Origin: Nannocystales bacterium
Lineage (GTDB): Bacteria; Myxococcota_A; Polyangia; Nannocystales; Nannocystaceae
Assembly (NCBI GenBank): GCA_050633305.1
Contig: JBOEGF010000014.1
Location: 363,436-427,435, forward strand
Direction: 5' to 3'
Length of the DNA: 64,000 bases
This document shows, piece by piece, positions 1 to 9,963 of the stretch. The stretch's first letter is position 1, and every line of letters starts with the position of its first letter. A program made the translations under genes and the position numbers. The notes beneath the pieces were generated by a model that did not search any database, was not told the origin of the DNA, and worked only from the letters and a program-made list of their open reading frames with translations.

Positions 1-399
1 GAGGACGGATTCGCCGCGCGGTGTGTCCAGTCGGAGGTCCAGCTTTCGATCACGTCCAAGGACTCCGAGGTGCTTCCGTTCTCGATTCGTGCCGTACGGC
101 TTCGCAAGAGTGAGGACTTGGAGCCGAGCGGAACCATCGAGACGATGCGAGCGCGAGCGCCTCGGATCTGGAAGGGCTCGACCTACGCCACGTGGGATGA
201 GTCCATCGCCCCGGGCTCGACCCTGAACGTGCGCTATGCACTGGGAGCGCCCGACTGGGCCGCAGTGGAGAAGGTGATCGACGGCAGCAGTTGGGGGCCT
301 TTGTACGTCGTTGAACTCGAAGTCGAGGTCGCGGGCCGCCTGCAGACCATCAGTTCACCGCTGGCTCCCCGCGAGGCTATCGAGGAAATGGTGACGTGA
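1..399 (+). CDS. Hypothetical protein, 5'-truncated by window edge
   Basis: Frame open from base 1 (EDGFAARC...EEMVT*); its TGA overlaps the next GTG (GTGA at 396-399), consistent with translational coupling. Confidence 0.7.
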   Translation, partial: EDGFAARCVQSEVQLSITSKDSEVLPFSIRAVRLRKSEDLEPSGTIETMRARAPRIWKGSTYATWDESIAPGSTLNVRYALGAPDWAAVEKVIDGSSWGPLYVVELEVEVAGRLQTISSPLAPREAIEEMVT

Positions 400-1751
400 A
401 ATCCTGGCTCGTCGGGCTGGCCTTTGTGTTGGGTTGCGGCGAAGGCTCGCCCACCCCCGTGCCGGCTCCGGTCGAGCGCCCCGTGCCGACGGCCAAGGCC
501 ACGCCGTGGTCCGACGCTTGGATCCTGGCGGAGGGAAGCCGATACCTCGACGACCCTGTGTTTCGGCGAGAGGCGCTCGAGCACTCCATGACCGACGGGT
601 CCAACGTGTATTCGGCCACCCGGTTGAGCGCGTATGGACAGGGAACCCGAGGTTGGGATGTGCTTCCCGTGTGGTCTCCGCGCGTGCATCCCGTCACGGC
701 GGGCGTGGCGGAAGAGCTGCGCTCGACCGCCCGTTTCGAGCTGCCGGCCGAAGCCGCGCCGATGTGGGACGAGGTTCGACCATCGACGTTCGAGGGGTGG
801 GCGGCATTGGGGCGCGAGGTGTTCTTCTCCTATCCGCTGCGTCCCGAGGCTCAGGCTGCACACGCCGTGGCGGACCCGCGTGTTGCGAAGCGCGTGGGGT
901 TCGAGCCCACCTCAGAGGGCTCCTGGCCAGGTGTCGTGGCCTTCGAGGACATCGACGGCCGCGCCAAGATCGGGATCACGTGCGCTCTGTGTCACGTGTC
1001 GATCGAGGATGGCCAGGCCGTCGTCGGTCGGGCGCGTCGGGACTTGGACTACGGGCAGATGCGGCTCGCCTGGCACGCGGACACGGGCGCGGCGTTGTCG
1101 AAGACGCTCGCCCAGCGGATGGCGAACTGGGGGCCAGGCCGCGCCGACATCACGGCCGACGACGACGAAGACCCGGTCGCAATCGTCGACCTGTGGGGGT
1201 TACGCGAACTCCGGCACCTCACGCAGGCTGCCACCGTCACGCACGATCATCCGGCAGCCCTGGCGATCCGGCAGGAGACCCAGATCCTTCATGCCAACCG
1301 TGAACGCACCCGGCCACCCCGAGAACTCGCGTGGGCGCTCGCGGTCTACCTCTACACCCTCGAACCTCCCCCGGCAGGGGATGCCGATGCGCCGGCGGTG
1401 GGCCGAGGTGCTTCCCTTTTTGAGGCTGAGTGCTCGGGGTGTCACAGCGAACCCAGCGGCGCAGGTTCACCGATCGCCGCCGTACGCGTGGGAACGGATC
1501 GCAACCTCGCCCAAGGAACAGCGCGCGGGACCGGCTTGTACCGCCCCGCACCGTTGATTCGGGTGGGTGACGCAGCGCCGTATCTTCACGACGGAACCGT
1601 TGCCACGCTCGAGGCGTTGTTCGGTCGCGAGCGCCTTCGCGATGGGTACGTTGGACCCCGGGGGCGGGGAGCCGTGAAGGGGCACGCGTACGGCGTGGAC
1701 CTGCCGCAGGCTTCGAAGCGGGACCTGATCGCGTACCTACGCTCGCGTTGA
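396..1751 (+). CDS. Di-heme c-type cytochrome lipoprotein (RoxA/MauG/cytochrome c peroxidase-like)
   Basis: Lipobox VLGC; two CxxCH motifs (CALCH, CSGCH); MauG-like signature YRPAPL..GDAAPYLHDGTV; C-terminal GHAYG. Confidence 0.8.
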   Translation: MKSWLVGLAFVLGCGEGSPTPVPAPVERPVPTAKATPWSDAWILAEGSRYLDDPVFRREALEHSMTDGSNVYSATRLSAYGQGTRGWDVLPVWSPRVHPVTAGVAEELRSTARFELPAEAAPMWDEVRPSTFEGWAALGREVFFSYPLRPEAQAAHAVADPRVAKRVGFEPTSEGSWPGVVAFEDIDGRAKIGITCALCHVSIEDGQAVVGRARRDLDYGQMRLAWHADTGAALSKTLAQRMANWGPGRADITADDDEDPVAIVDLWGLRELRHLTQAATVTHDHPAALAIRQETQILHANRERTRPPRELAWALAVYLYTLEPPPAGDADAPAVGRGASLFEAECSGCHSEPSGAGSPIAAVRVGTDRNLAQGTARGTGLYRPAPLIRVGDAAPYLHDGTVATLEALFGRERLRDGYVGPRGRGAVKGHAYGVDLPQASKRDLIAYLRSR

Positions 1752-1765
1752 GGAGCGCGGGGGGT

Positions 1766-4525
1766 TCACCGCAGGGGTGGCTCCACCTCAGCGGCGGCGA
1801 GGCAGAACCGTTCGAGGTGGCGGCCGCCGTTGACCAGCGTGGCGACGGCGGGGCCGTCGTGGGTTTCGGCTCGGACGAAGAAGTCGAGGTTGTCGGAGGC
1901 GAGCTTTCTGGGGGCCCTGCCGACGCCGAACTTGAGCTTGCGGCCCGGCGCTCCGAGGAGGCGGCGGGTGAGTCGGCCCAGGACGTCGTGATGGCCGTTG
2001 CCCAGCTCGATTTCGACGACGCCGCCGGGCGGGATGCCGAACTCGAGGCAGCGGAACAGGTACGGAGCACGGTAGGTGGTGGCGCGAACGGGGCGATGCT
2101 CCGCTTCGCTGCACCCAGACAAGACGTCCTTCCCGGTGAGACCGTTGCAGACGCGGCCGGGGGTGCGCTTGAACACGACAGCGCCCTCGTCGATGAGGTC
2201 TCGAGTCAGGCGGGGTCGCTCGTCGTCACTCGCATCGCGGTCTTCGGGCTTCGGGGCGCCACGGTAGGCCCGATCGGCAGCGAAGTGTTGCCAGGTCCGC
2301 TCGAGGTTCGAGGCCTGAAGTCGCTCCACGGCCATGGTGGCGACGAGGGCGAGCACCACTGCGACCGGCCACAAACTCCGTGGCAGGGTCGAGCGAGGTC
2401 GGAATCGAAGCGGCCGGCCGAGGGCGAGTGCCCCGAGTCCGAGCAGCCACGCGAACACGGAGACCCAGCCGGCGAGTTGCTCGAGCGGGGTCCGGCGGTA
2501 GCGGAGTTCGAGTCGGCCTGAGCCGGGGACGTCCACCGAGAGGAGGTTGAGTCCGGGGACGCGCTTGGATGTTTTGATGTCGAGCGAAGCGCCTTCGAAG
2601 GTGGCCTCCCATCGCAGGTGCGGTGCCTGGCGGAGGATGACGGTGGAGGGCTCGGCGGTGTCGACGTCGATGACGATGTGCTCGTCTTCGTCGGTCTCGA
2701 GGGCGGCGACCCCGTGGTCGATGTGGACCCGCGGCGTGGTGCTCTCGGGGACATAGCGTGCGACGTGGTACCGGCCGAACGTCTCGAGCTCGGTCAGGCG
2801 GTCCGCGAAACTCTGCTCACGTTCGCCCAGGGGGCGATCGTGAATGACGTGGGTGATGCCCAATGCATCGTAGGCCGCGGGGTCACGACGGATGCGGTGC
2901 TTGAAGTTGACCGCGGCAATGTGGCCGTCGAGCACCAGCTCGGCATTCGCATCCGCGATCGCGTAGATCGGAAACATACCGCCACCCATGCCGTGGCGTA
3001 GGTAGGCGACCTTCAACGGTCCCTCGACAGCGACGGACTCTTCGCGGAGCAGCGCCAACATTCCCGCTTCATCGATGCCTTCGGGGTGGGCTTCGAGCGT
3101 GTCCAATGCGCCGACGGGGCGGGTCTTGAGCCGCCCGAGGTCGGGAGCAAAGGTGGCGAGGAACGGGGCGGCGAGGGCAGCGAACACCCACGCGCGAGGT
3201 CGTGAGGGGTGCAGGCTGGGGGCGATGGAGCGGACCGCAGCCGGGAGGAGCACCGCACCGACGCCGGCGACGGCGAACATGAGGGGCTTGAGCTCGATCG
3301 TGTAGCGCGGGAACTGAAGGTTCTTGAACCCGGAGACGACCAAGTCCAGGCGCAGGACGGTCATCGACTCGTGAGAGCCCAGGACCACGAGGGCTGCGCA
3401 CAGCAGCAGCGCGGACACTCCGAGGGCGGAGGGGCGTCGAACGATGGCGAGGACGCCGAGGACGAACAGCGGTCCGAGCCAGGCCCAGTGGGTGGGGAAC
3501 AACGCGCCGGTCAACGTCTCGTAAGAGAGTTGGCCGAGCGGAGACCACTGAACGGGGCTGCGGGCCATCCCCGCGGCGCTGCCGAAGAACACCAACACAA
3601 CACTCCCGGCCACGGCGGCGGCTCCGATGTGCACGAGAAGCCAGGTACGCAGGGGGGCGGGCATTTTGCTCGGCGAGAGGAACACTGCCACGAGAAGCAG
3701 CCCGGCTGAGGCGGCGGCCGCGAGCATGCCAAAGGGGTGTGCGGCCACGCTGGCGCCGAGAACAAGTGCGGCAGCGGCGATGCGACGGGGGGAGGGGCGC
3801 TCGAGCGCACGCATCGTGAGCGTCAGCGAAAGCGCCCACAGCACGGCGGAGAACATCTGAGGCCAGACCCCATGAAACAGCAGGTAGTTCCACCCGCCCT
3901 GGCGACTCGCCCCCGCATCGAACAACCACAGCAAGCCGCCTGCACAAAACGCCCAGCGTGCAGCCAACGGATCGCCTCGCCGCACCGTGGATACGATCGT
4001 GTGTGCCAGCCAGCCCACCGCGATCGTGCCCAGCGCCCACGTGATCGCGATGCCCCATGCATAGCTGGCACGCGGGCTCACCAGGCCGAACGTCGCGGCG
4101 TTGGAGACCCCACCCAGCAAGTACCCGACGACGGGGTAGCTCTCTCCGTAGGGGTAGCCGGCACCGAGGGTGTCGGTCCAGCCCCAGAGGCGCCCGCTGG
4201 GGATCAGCTCGTCCCACAGCAGCCGCGTCTGGAAGTAGTGGATCGCGTGGTCCCGGGATGCGGGCGGGCGACCGAGGAGCAGCTCCCAGAACAACCCGAC
4301 GTAGGCCGCGACGAGAACGACGACGGGCGCGGCGAGACGAAGCCGTGGCACAGGTCGTTGCACGAGGAACCGGAGCTCCCAGAGGCCACCGAGCAGCATG
4401 GTCGTCCCGAGCCAACGCGCGAGACCGGGCCCCGATGAGGAGAGCGCGGTGCCGCACGCGAGCAGTAGACCGACCATGAGGCGGTCGGTACTCGTCCGGA
4501 TCGCAGGGGGCCGGGAGGCGTTCAA
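1766..4525 (-). CDS. Polytopic membrane protein, GT-C-fold glycosyltransferase-like (PTPS-related/YfhO-like)
   Basis: 919 aa with many TM segments; first-loop motif DHAIHY...WGWTDTLGAGYPYGESYP; YfhO-like C-terminal soluble region followed by TM; TTG start preceded by TGG-TAGATT -10-like box. Confidence 0.65.
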   Translation of the reverse strand: MNASRPPAIRTSTDRLMVGLLLACGTALSSSGPGLARWLGTTMLLGGLWELRFLVQRPVPRLRLAAPVVVLVAAYVGLFWELLLGRPPASRDHAIHYFQTRLLWDELIPSGRLWGWTDTLGAGYPYGESYPVVGYLLGGVSNAATFGLVSPRASYAWGIAITWALGTIAVGWLAHTIVSTVRRGDPLAARWAFCAGGLLWLFDAGASRQGGWNYLLFHGVWPQMFSAVLWALSLTLTMRALERPSPRRIAAAALVLGASVAAHPFGMLAAAASAGLLLVAVFLSPSKMPAPLRTWLLVHIGAAAVAGSVVLVFFGSAAGMARSPVQWSPLGQLSYETLTGALFPTHWAWLGPLFVLGVLAIVRRPSALGVSALLLCAALVVLGSHESMTVLRLDLVVSGFKNLQFPRYTIELKPLMFAVAGVGAVLLPAAVRSIAPSLHPSRPRAWVFAALAAPFLATFAPDLGRLKTRPVGALDTLEAHPEGIDEAGMLALLREESVAVEGPLKVAYLRHGMGGGMFPIYAIADANAELVLDGHIAAVNFKHRIRRDPAAYDALGITHVIHDRPLGEREQSFADRLTELETFGRYHVARYVPESTTPRVHIDHGVAALETDEDEHIVIDVDTAEPSTVILRQAPHLRWEATFEGASLDIKTSKRVPGLNLLSVDVPGSGRLELRYRRTPLEQLAGWVSVFAWLLGLGALALGRPLRFRPRSTLPRSLWPVAVVLALVATMAVERLQASNLERTWQHFAADRAYRGAPKPEDRDASDDERPRLTRDLIDEGAVVFKRTPGRVCNGLTGKDVLSGCSEAEHRPVRATTYRAPYLFRCLEFGIPPGGVVEIELGNGHHDVLGRLTRRLLGAPGRKLKFGVGRAPRKLASDNLDFFVRAETHDGPAVATLVNGGRHLERFCLAAAEVEPPLR

Positions 4526-4701
4526 CGCCGCGAATCTACCAAACGCGGCGGTCGGCGCGGGAGCGGCTTGCGCGGCCCCTTGTCCGTCCGTTTCTCCGAG
4601 CTCGGCGGCGTGAAGAAGGGCGTCCGGGAGGGGGAAAGCGTGCAGGAGGAAAAACTCATCCGGCTTTTGAACCGTTTGGATGACCTGCTCACCACCGGGA
4701 C

Positions 4702-5892
4702 ATGAACGTCAAGACACCCCAGTCCGCTGCTCCTGCGCTTCTCGCTTGCCTGCTCGTTGCCCCTGGCTGCTTTTCTGCGGATGACCCGTTGATGCCTGCC
4801 GCGGAGGGGTCGACCGGGGATGTGGATCCGACGGATGACGAGGTCCCCAATCCCACGGGGACGGGCGAGGGCAGCACGACGGGCCAAGACCCGAGGGCGA
4901 GTGAGGGAACGACAGGGGGCATGGGCACCAGCGAGGACGGTGAAACGACCGAGGGAGAGACCGGCGAGGGAGGGGAGAGCAGCGGTGGCGAGACGTCTGG
5001 CGGGGAAGGGGAGAGCACGGGGGCAGCCGTCGCCCCCACGATCCTCGACGTTCTGCCTGAGGATGGGGCAGTTGGGGTGGCGGCTGGAGATCCCATTGTG
5101 GTCCGGTTCAGCGAGCCGATGGACAAGGCCGCCACGCAGGCGGCGTATCAGTCGGCCGACATCCCCGCGGGGAGCGTGACGTTCGCGTGGAACGACGCGG
5201 GGGACGAGCTGACGATCGTTCCCAACGACCCGCTCGAGTACGCGGAGGGAACCAACCCAAACACCACCGACGCGCTGAGCTATTCCTTCACCATCTCGAG
5301 CGCGGGCGAGTCCGAGGCGGGTGTCGCGTTGGTAGACGACACCGAAGCCTCCTTCTCGACCCTTCGTCGACTGTCCCTGAGCTACAGCCAGGACACGGAG
5401 TTGTCCGGCCGAGTTCGAGACCTTGGAGGCTCCGCAATGCTCGCGGGCTCGTACAGTCTCGGCGACAACAGCATCAACGACACAGGACGGGGGTTCGTCT
5501 CGTTTGACATCTCGAGCCTTCCGGACGGCCCGGTGACGGTCGAGAGCGGAAACCTGCACGCCCGCTTCACGACCATTCAGGGCAACCCGTTCATCGACCT
5601 GGGGGCGGTGGTCTACCAGCATGTCAGCTACGACACGTTCAACGACCCCCTGTTCGACGTCGAGGCCTTGAGCACCGCTTCGGGCCTGTTTGCGACGATG
5701 AACGATGACGAGGTTGACCGAGATGTCACCGATATCGCGGCGGCAACGGTCGCCGACCCCGGGACGTTCGAGCAGCGTGTGCAGTTCAGGTTTCGGTGGG
5801 TTTTCAACGAAACCGACAACGATGGCCAGACCGACGGCGTGACTGTGATTGGGGGAGACCTCGGCCTCGACCTCCAAGTGCTGGTCCCCTGA
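4702..5892 (+). CDS. Lipoprotein with acidic Thr/Gly/Glu linker and bacterial Ig-like (Big_5/SbsA) domain
   Basis: Lipobox APGC; low-complexity linker; APTILDVLPEDGAVGV...IVVRFSEPMD is typical of Big_5; further beta-rich C-terminal domain. Confidence 0.75.
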   Translation: MNVKTPQSAAPALLACLLVAPGCFSADDPLMPAAEGSTGDVDPTDDEVPNPTGTGEGSTTGQDPRASEGTTGGMGTSEDGETTEGETGEGGESSGGETSGGEGESTGAAVAPTILDVLPEDGAVGVAAGDPIVVRFSEPMDKAATQAAYQSADIPAGSVTFAWNDAGDELTIVPNDPLEYAEGTNPNTTDALSYSFTISSAGESEAGVALVDDTEASFSTLRRLSLSYSQDTELSGRVRDLGGSAMLAGSYSLGDNSINDTGRGFVSFDISSLPDGPVTVESGNLHARFTTIQGNPFIDLGAVVYQHVSYDTFNDPLFDVEALSTASGLFATMNDDEVDRDVTDIAAATVADPGTFEQRVQFRFRWVFNETDNDGQTDGVTVIGGDLGLDLQVLVP

Positions 5893-5893
5893 A

Positions 5894-8776
5894 ATGGGGG
5901 ATGTTCGCTATCGTCTCGGTCCCTCGATGGTGAGCCGAGACCCATCCCCGACTGCGGAGACGTTCGATGATTCGATGCCGGCGCCTCGTTCGCCCGAGTC
6001 GGGGCTCGAACTCGCCGACCGTCGCCGGGTGTCGCGGCTGGTGGCGTCCATGACTGGGCAGAAGGACCGACCCGAGCGGTTGGGGCGGTTCGAGGTCGAG
6101 GCGCTGCTTGGTGAAGGGGCGTTCGGGGAGGTCTACCTCGCGATCGACCCCGACCTCCGCCGTCCTCTCGCGCTCAAGTTGCTCAAGCAGAGCGCCAACG
6201 CGGACGCACTGGTCCGGTTGCGCAAAGAGGCGCAGGCCATGGCCGCGCTCGAACACGCCGACCTGATGACGGTCTACGAGATCGGCACGATCGGCGAGCG
6301 AGGCTTCATCGCGATGGAGCTGGCCGAGGGGGGCACCTTGGACGCGTGGGCGAGGGCCGAGCCGCGGTCGTTCTCCGAGATCGCGGGACAGGTCGAGATC
6401 GCGGCGCGGGGGTTGGCCGCTGCCCATGAGGCGGGCTTCGTGCATCGCGATGTGAAGCCTTCGAACATCCTCGTCGGTGCCGACGGTCGGGCGAAAGTGG
6501 CCGACTTCGGGTTGGTGCACGTGCAGCCAGTCGGTGGCGAGTTGGATGCGCGGGACTTGAAGACGACCCTGGCGGGGACCCCCGCATACATGGCACCAGA
6601 GCAGTTCGACGGGGCCGAGCCCACGGCGAAGGCCGACCAGTATGCGTTGGGCGTCACGCTGTTCGAGATGGTCTACGGGCGTCGCCCGGCGAAGCGGGCA
6701 CCCGCGCTCGAGGACATCGATGTCCCGAGCCACCGCGAACAGGTGCCGCGACGGGTCCCGGGTTGGCTGCGAGAAGCGCTGTACCGGGCACTCCGGTTCG
6801 ACGCTGGGCAACGCTTTGCGTCGATGGATGCATTCGCGGACGCGCTGGCATCCGGCGCGAGCCAAAAGCGGCGTCGCCTGCGAGGGGTTGCAGGGGTGGC
6901 TGCGCTGGCCGCGGCCGTGAGTACGGGATGGCTCATGCGCCCCGAGGCCGAAGCGGCCGTGCCCTGCGCGGACCAAGCCCGTGAGGTGATTGCCCGGAGC
7001 TGGACCGCGGTTCGCGGAGACACCCTGGCGGCTTCGATACGGGGGACCAACACCTCGTACGCGGGCGCTTTGGCGGATGCCACGCGTGCGCGGATCGACG
7101 CTCGGGCGACCGCGTGGGCCGAGGCATGGTCCGAGAACTGCGCGGATGAGCCGACCGCGGCCCGGACCGAAGAGGCCGCGTGCCTGCAGGGGCAACGACG
7201 GACCCTGGCGGCGTTGCTGGAGGCGCCGCTCAGCGCGGATTCTGTCGATACGTTGTCTGCGGCGCTGAGTGATGCCCTGGATCCGGATGCGTGTGTGCAG
7301 ACGGGCACTCGCCCCAACACGACCACCACCACGGACTCGGACAACCCACTGCGTACGCAGCTTCGGGAGGCCGAGGTGAGCCTGGCACGAGGCAATTTCT
7401 CCGAAGCCCGGTCCAGTGCTGATGCGGTGCTGCTCGCAGCGCAGGAGGCTGGACAAGCCCGGTTGATGGTGGACGCCGGGATGCTTGCGGCCCGGGCCTC
7501 CCTCGAGCAGGAGGATCCGGGCGAGGCCGAGACTCCTGCGAAGGATGCCCTCAACGCGGCGCTTTCGGTTGGACTCGACGTGCAGGCCAGCGATGCCGCC
7601 CTGTTGCTCGCTCGGGCGATGGCACAGCGCACCGAGCCACAGGAGGCGTTGCGCTGGGCGGAGCTCGCCGTGTCTTTGTCTGCACGTTCGGGTCGTTCGG
7701 TCCGCGCGCGGGCGGAGGCCCTCACGGTTCTGGCGCGCACCCTGGCCCTCGCGCGCAACATCCCAGAGGCGGCATCACGCTGCGACGAAGCGATGGCGTT
7801 GGCCGAGTCCGCCCCCGAAGGGCCGACGTCCCAATCGCGACTCGACTGCGGCCGGACCTGGGTGTCTGCAGGCCGTTTCGACGATGCCAAACCTCAGCTG
7901 GAAAAGGCGATCGATGGGTTGAAGATCCGGTTTGGTCCCGCGCACCCCGAGGTGGCGCTCGCGCTGCAAGTGTTGGCTGGCGTCTTCGACCAAGCGAGCC
8001 GGCCCCAAGAAGCGCTCGCGGCTGCGGACGAGGCGCTCGAGATTGTTCGCAACGCCTACGGCAACAAAGACCATCGCATCCTAACCGGGCTTGGCACCGC
8101 CTCGGGGATGTCGAATCGAGCTGGCGACTACGACCGGGCGCTTGCACTGGCCCTCGAAGCCGCGGGGGTCGCTCGACAGACGCTCCATCCTGGTGACCGC
8201 AAGTACAACTATGCGGTGTGCATGGCGGCAGGGTTCGCGATGGGGTTCGAGTGCGGAGACCAGACGCGGTCGCTGGCTGACGATTGTGTCGGTGGGGTCC
8301 GAAAGGCGGAGGGCGACACCCCCGTCGTTGAATTCTCGTCTCCGGTTGCCTCGGCGAACGCCCAGGGGTGGGTGTTCGCGGTGCTCGTCTACCAGTGCTT
8401 GGAGGACGCCGAGGCAGAGGCCGATGCTCGTGCGGGACTGACCCGCTATGTCGATGCCGACAACGTCTCCTTCGAGCTGCAAACCATGTCGCTCGCGATT
8501 CTTGCCAACGCCGATCTCGCCGCGGGAGACCCCGTGGGCGCGGAAAGCAAGATTCGCGATCTGCTGCTGCGGACCCGCGACACCCACGTGATCAAGCTCC
8601 GCGAGGGCATGTGGCGGACCACGTTGGTGCAGGCGCTGGCCGAGCAGGGGCGCCACAGCGAGGCCCGCGACGAGGTCACGCGCGCGATGGAGCTTCTGCG
8701 AGACGGGGACGAGGACGAGGAGAGCACGGGTCCGGAGCTGGAATGGTTGACCGAGTATCTGGCCGAAGAGCACTGA
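5894..8776 (+). CDS. Membrane Ser/Thr protein kinase with extracytoplasmic TPR region (K1)
   Basis: GEGAFG, ALK, HRDVKPSN, DFG, GTPAYMAPE; TM helix after RRR; TPR-like repeats (GPAHPEVA). Start may be 5927. Confidence 0.92.
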   Translation: MGDVRYRLGPSMVSRDPSPTAETFDDSMPAPRSPESGLELADRRRVSRLVASMTGQKDRPERLGRFEVEALLGEGAFGEVYLAIDPDLRRPLALKLLKQSANADALVRLRKEAQAMAALEHADLMTVYEIGTIGERGFIAMELAEGGTLDAWARAEPRSFSEIAGQVEIAARGLAAAHEAGFVHRDVKPSNILVGADGRAKVADFGLVHVQPVGGELDARDLKTTLAGTPAYMAPEQFDGAEPTAKADQYALGVTLFEMVYGRRPAKRAPALEDIDVPSHREQVPRRVPGWLREALYRALRFDAGQRFASMDAFADALASGASQKRRRLRGVAGVAALAAAVSTGWLMRPEAEAAVPCADQAREVIARSWTAVRGDTLAASIRGTNTSYAGALADATRARIDARATAWAEAWSENCADEPTAARTEEAACLQGQRRTLAALLEAPLSADSVDTLSAALSDALDPDACVQTGTRPNTTTTTDSDNPLRTQLREAEVSLARGNFSEARSSADAVLLAAQEAGQARLMVDAGMLAARASLEQEDPGEAETPAKDALNAALSVGLDVQASDAALLLARAMAQRTEPQEALRWAELAVSLSARSGRSVRARAEALTVLARTLALARNIPEAASRCDEAMALAESAPEGPTSQSRLDCGRTWVSAGRFDDAKPQLEKAIDGLKIRFGPAHPEVALALQVLAGVFDQASRPQEALAAADEALEIVRNAYGNKDHRILTGLGTASGMSNRAGDYDRALALALEAAGVARQTLHPGDRKYNYAVCMAAGFAMGFECGDQTRSLADDCVGGVRKAEGDTPVVEFSSPVASANAQGWVFAVLVYQCLEDAEAEADARAGLTRYVDADNVSFELQTMSLAILANADLAAGDPVGAESKIRDLLLRTRDTHVIKLREGMWRTTLVQALAEQGRHSEARDEVTRAMELLRDGDEDEESTGPELEWLTEYLAEEH

Positions 8777-8792
8777 TGTACCCTCGCTCTCG

Positions 8793-9377
8793 GTGGAGGA
8801 CGCGGAACTGCTCGCAGCGTGGCGTGAGGGGGACACCTTGGCGGCGGATCAGCTCATTCGGAAACACTTCGCCGCCGTCCAGCGATTCTTCCGCAACAAG
8901 GCGTGGGGAGACTGCGAGGATCTGACGCAGACCACGTTCGAGCGATGTGTCGCGGGCCGGGACCGTTTCGAAGGCCGGAGCTCGTTCCGGACGTACCTCT
9001 TTTCGGTCGCGCGTTATGTGCTCTTCGAGCACTACCGCGGAAAGAAGGCCGGCGCGTTCGACCCCGCGCACAGCAGCGTCGTCGACCTCGATGCGAGCCC
9101 CAGCCAGATCGTTGCGGGCATTCAGTGGCAGCAGAGTTTTCTTGGGATGCTTCGCGAGATCCCAGTCGAGATGCAGGTGGTGCTCGAGCTGTACTACTGG
9201 GAGGGGCTGAGAACGCACGAGATCGCGGAGGTTGTCGATGCACCTCGCGGCACGGTGAAGAGCCGTCTGCACCATGCTCGATTGCAGCTCAAGAAGCGCT
9301 GTGAGCAGAGCGGGCTCGATGTGCAGCAGCCGTTGTCCCTGCCAGGGTGGGCGCGGGACCTCGAGTTTGCGGCCTGA
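8793..9377 (+). CDS. ECF sigma-70 family factor (kinase-associated)
   Basis: DCEDLTQTTF, FRTYLFSVAR (region 2); LYYWEGL..EIA..GTVKSRLHHAR (region 4); 16 nt downstream of K1. Confidence 0.92.
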   Translation: MEDAELLAAWREGDTLAADQLIRKHFAAVQRFFRNKAWGDCEDLTQTTFERCVAGRDRFEGRSSFRTYLFSVARYVLFEHYRGKKAGAFDPAHSSVVDLDASPSQIVAGIQWQQSFLGMLREIPVEMQVVLELYYWEGLRTHEIAEVVDAPRGTVKSRLHHARLQLKKRCEQSGLDVQQPLSLPGWARDLEFAA

Positions 9378-9461
9378 CCGTACCCGCGACATGAAGAACG
9401 CTCATGATGGCAGGAAGAGTCCACATTGGATTCATGCCGGCCGGGGCGACACGCTGATCGC

Positions 9462-9935
9462 ATGCAGATGACGATCTGGGTCACGGCCTTTGCTTGCGCG
9501 ATCATGGCAGGGACCTACTTCGCGTTCTCGAGCTTTGTCATGAACTCATTGGCCGTCCTCCCGCGAGCGCAGGGCATCGCGGCGATGCAGTCGATCAACC
9601 GGGTGATCCTTTCATCGAGTTTCATGGTGTTGTTCTTTGGCTCTGCGGCGGCGAGCCTGGGACTCGGGGTCTGGGGCATCCGCGGTTGGGGAGACCCGGG
9701 CTCGATGTACCTCGTCGGCGGGAGTCTGCTGTACGTGGTGGGGATGGTCGTGTGCACCGCGGCGTTCAACGTTCCCCTCAACGACGGCCTGGAGGCGCTG
9801 GACCCTGCAGGGACCGCCGCGGTCGAGGTCTGGGCCACCTATTTGCGCGACTGGACGCGCTACAACCACGTGCGGACGTTCTTCTCGGCAGCCGCGAGCG
9901 CGGTGTTTGTGACCGCTGCATGGGTGGCTCGTTGA
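9462..9935 (+). CDS. DUF1772 / anthrone oxygenase family membrane protein
   Basis: AGTYFAFSSFVM, GIAAMQSIN, FNVPLND, WTRYNHVRT are hallmark motifs of the family. Confidence 0.88.
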   Translation: MQMTIWVTAFACAIMAGTYFAFSSFVMNSLAVLPRAQGIAAMQSINRVILSSSFMVLFFGSAAASLGLGVWGIRGWGDPGSMYLVGGSLLYVVGMVVCTAAFNVPLNDGLEALDPAGTAAVEVWATYLRDWTRYNHVRTFFSAAASAVFVTAAWVAR

Positions 9936-9963
9936 GGCGGCGGCGAGTTGCTACTGTGCGGCC

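Noticed and set aside
1766..4525. 6-pyruvoyl-tetrahydropterin synthase activity
   Set aside because: The family name is historical; the protein is a multi-TM GT-C-like protein without PTPS catalytic features.
4656..4683. Inverted repeat TCATCC-N16-GGATGA upstream of the Big_5 lipoprotein
   Set aside because: Only 6-bp arms, and not found upstream of the other ECF-linked lipoprotein genes; could be chance.
5804..7456. Long antisense/alternate-frame ORFs (e.g. 5804-7456, 16624-18579, 41615-43324, 10036-11538)
   Set aside because: Arg/Pro-rich stop-poor shadows expected in high-GC coding DNA; each overlaps a gene with clear family motifs.
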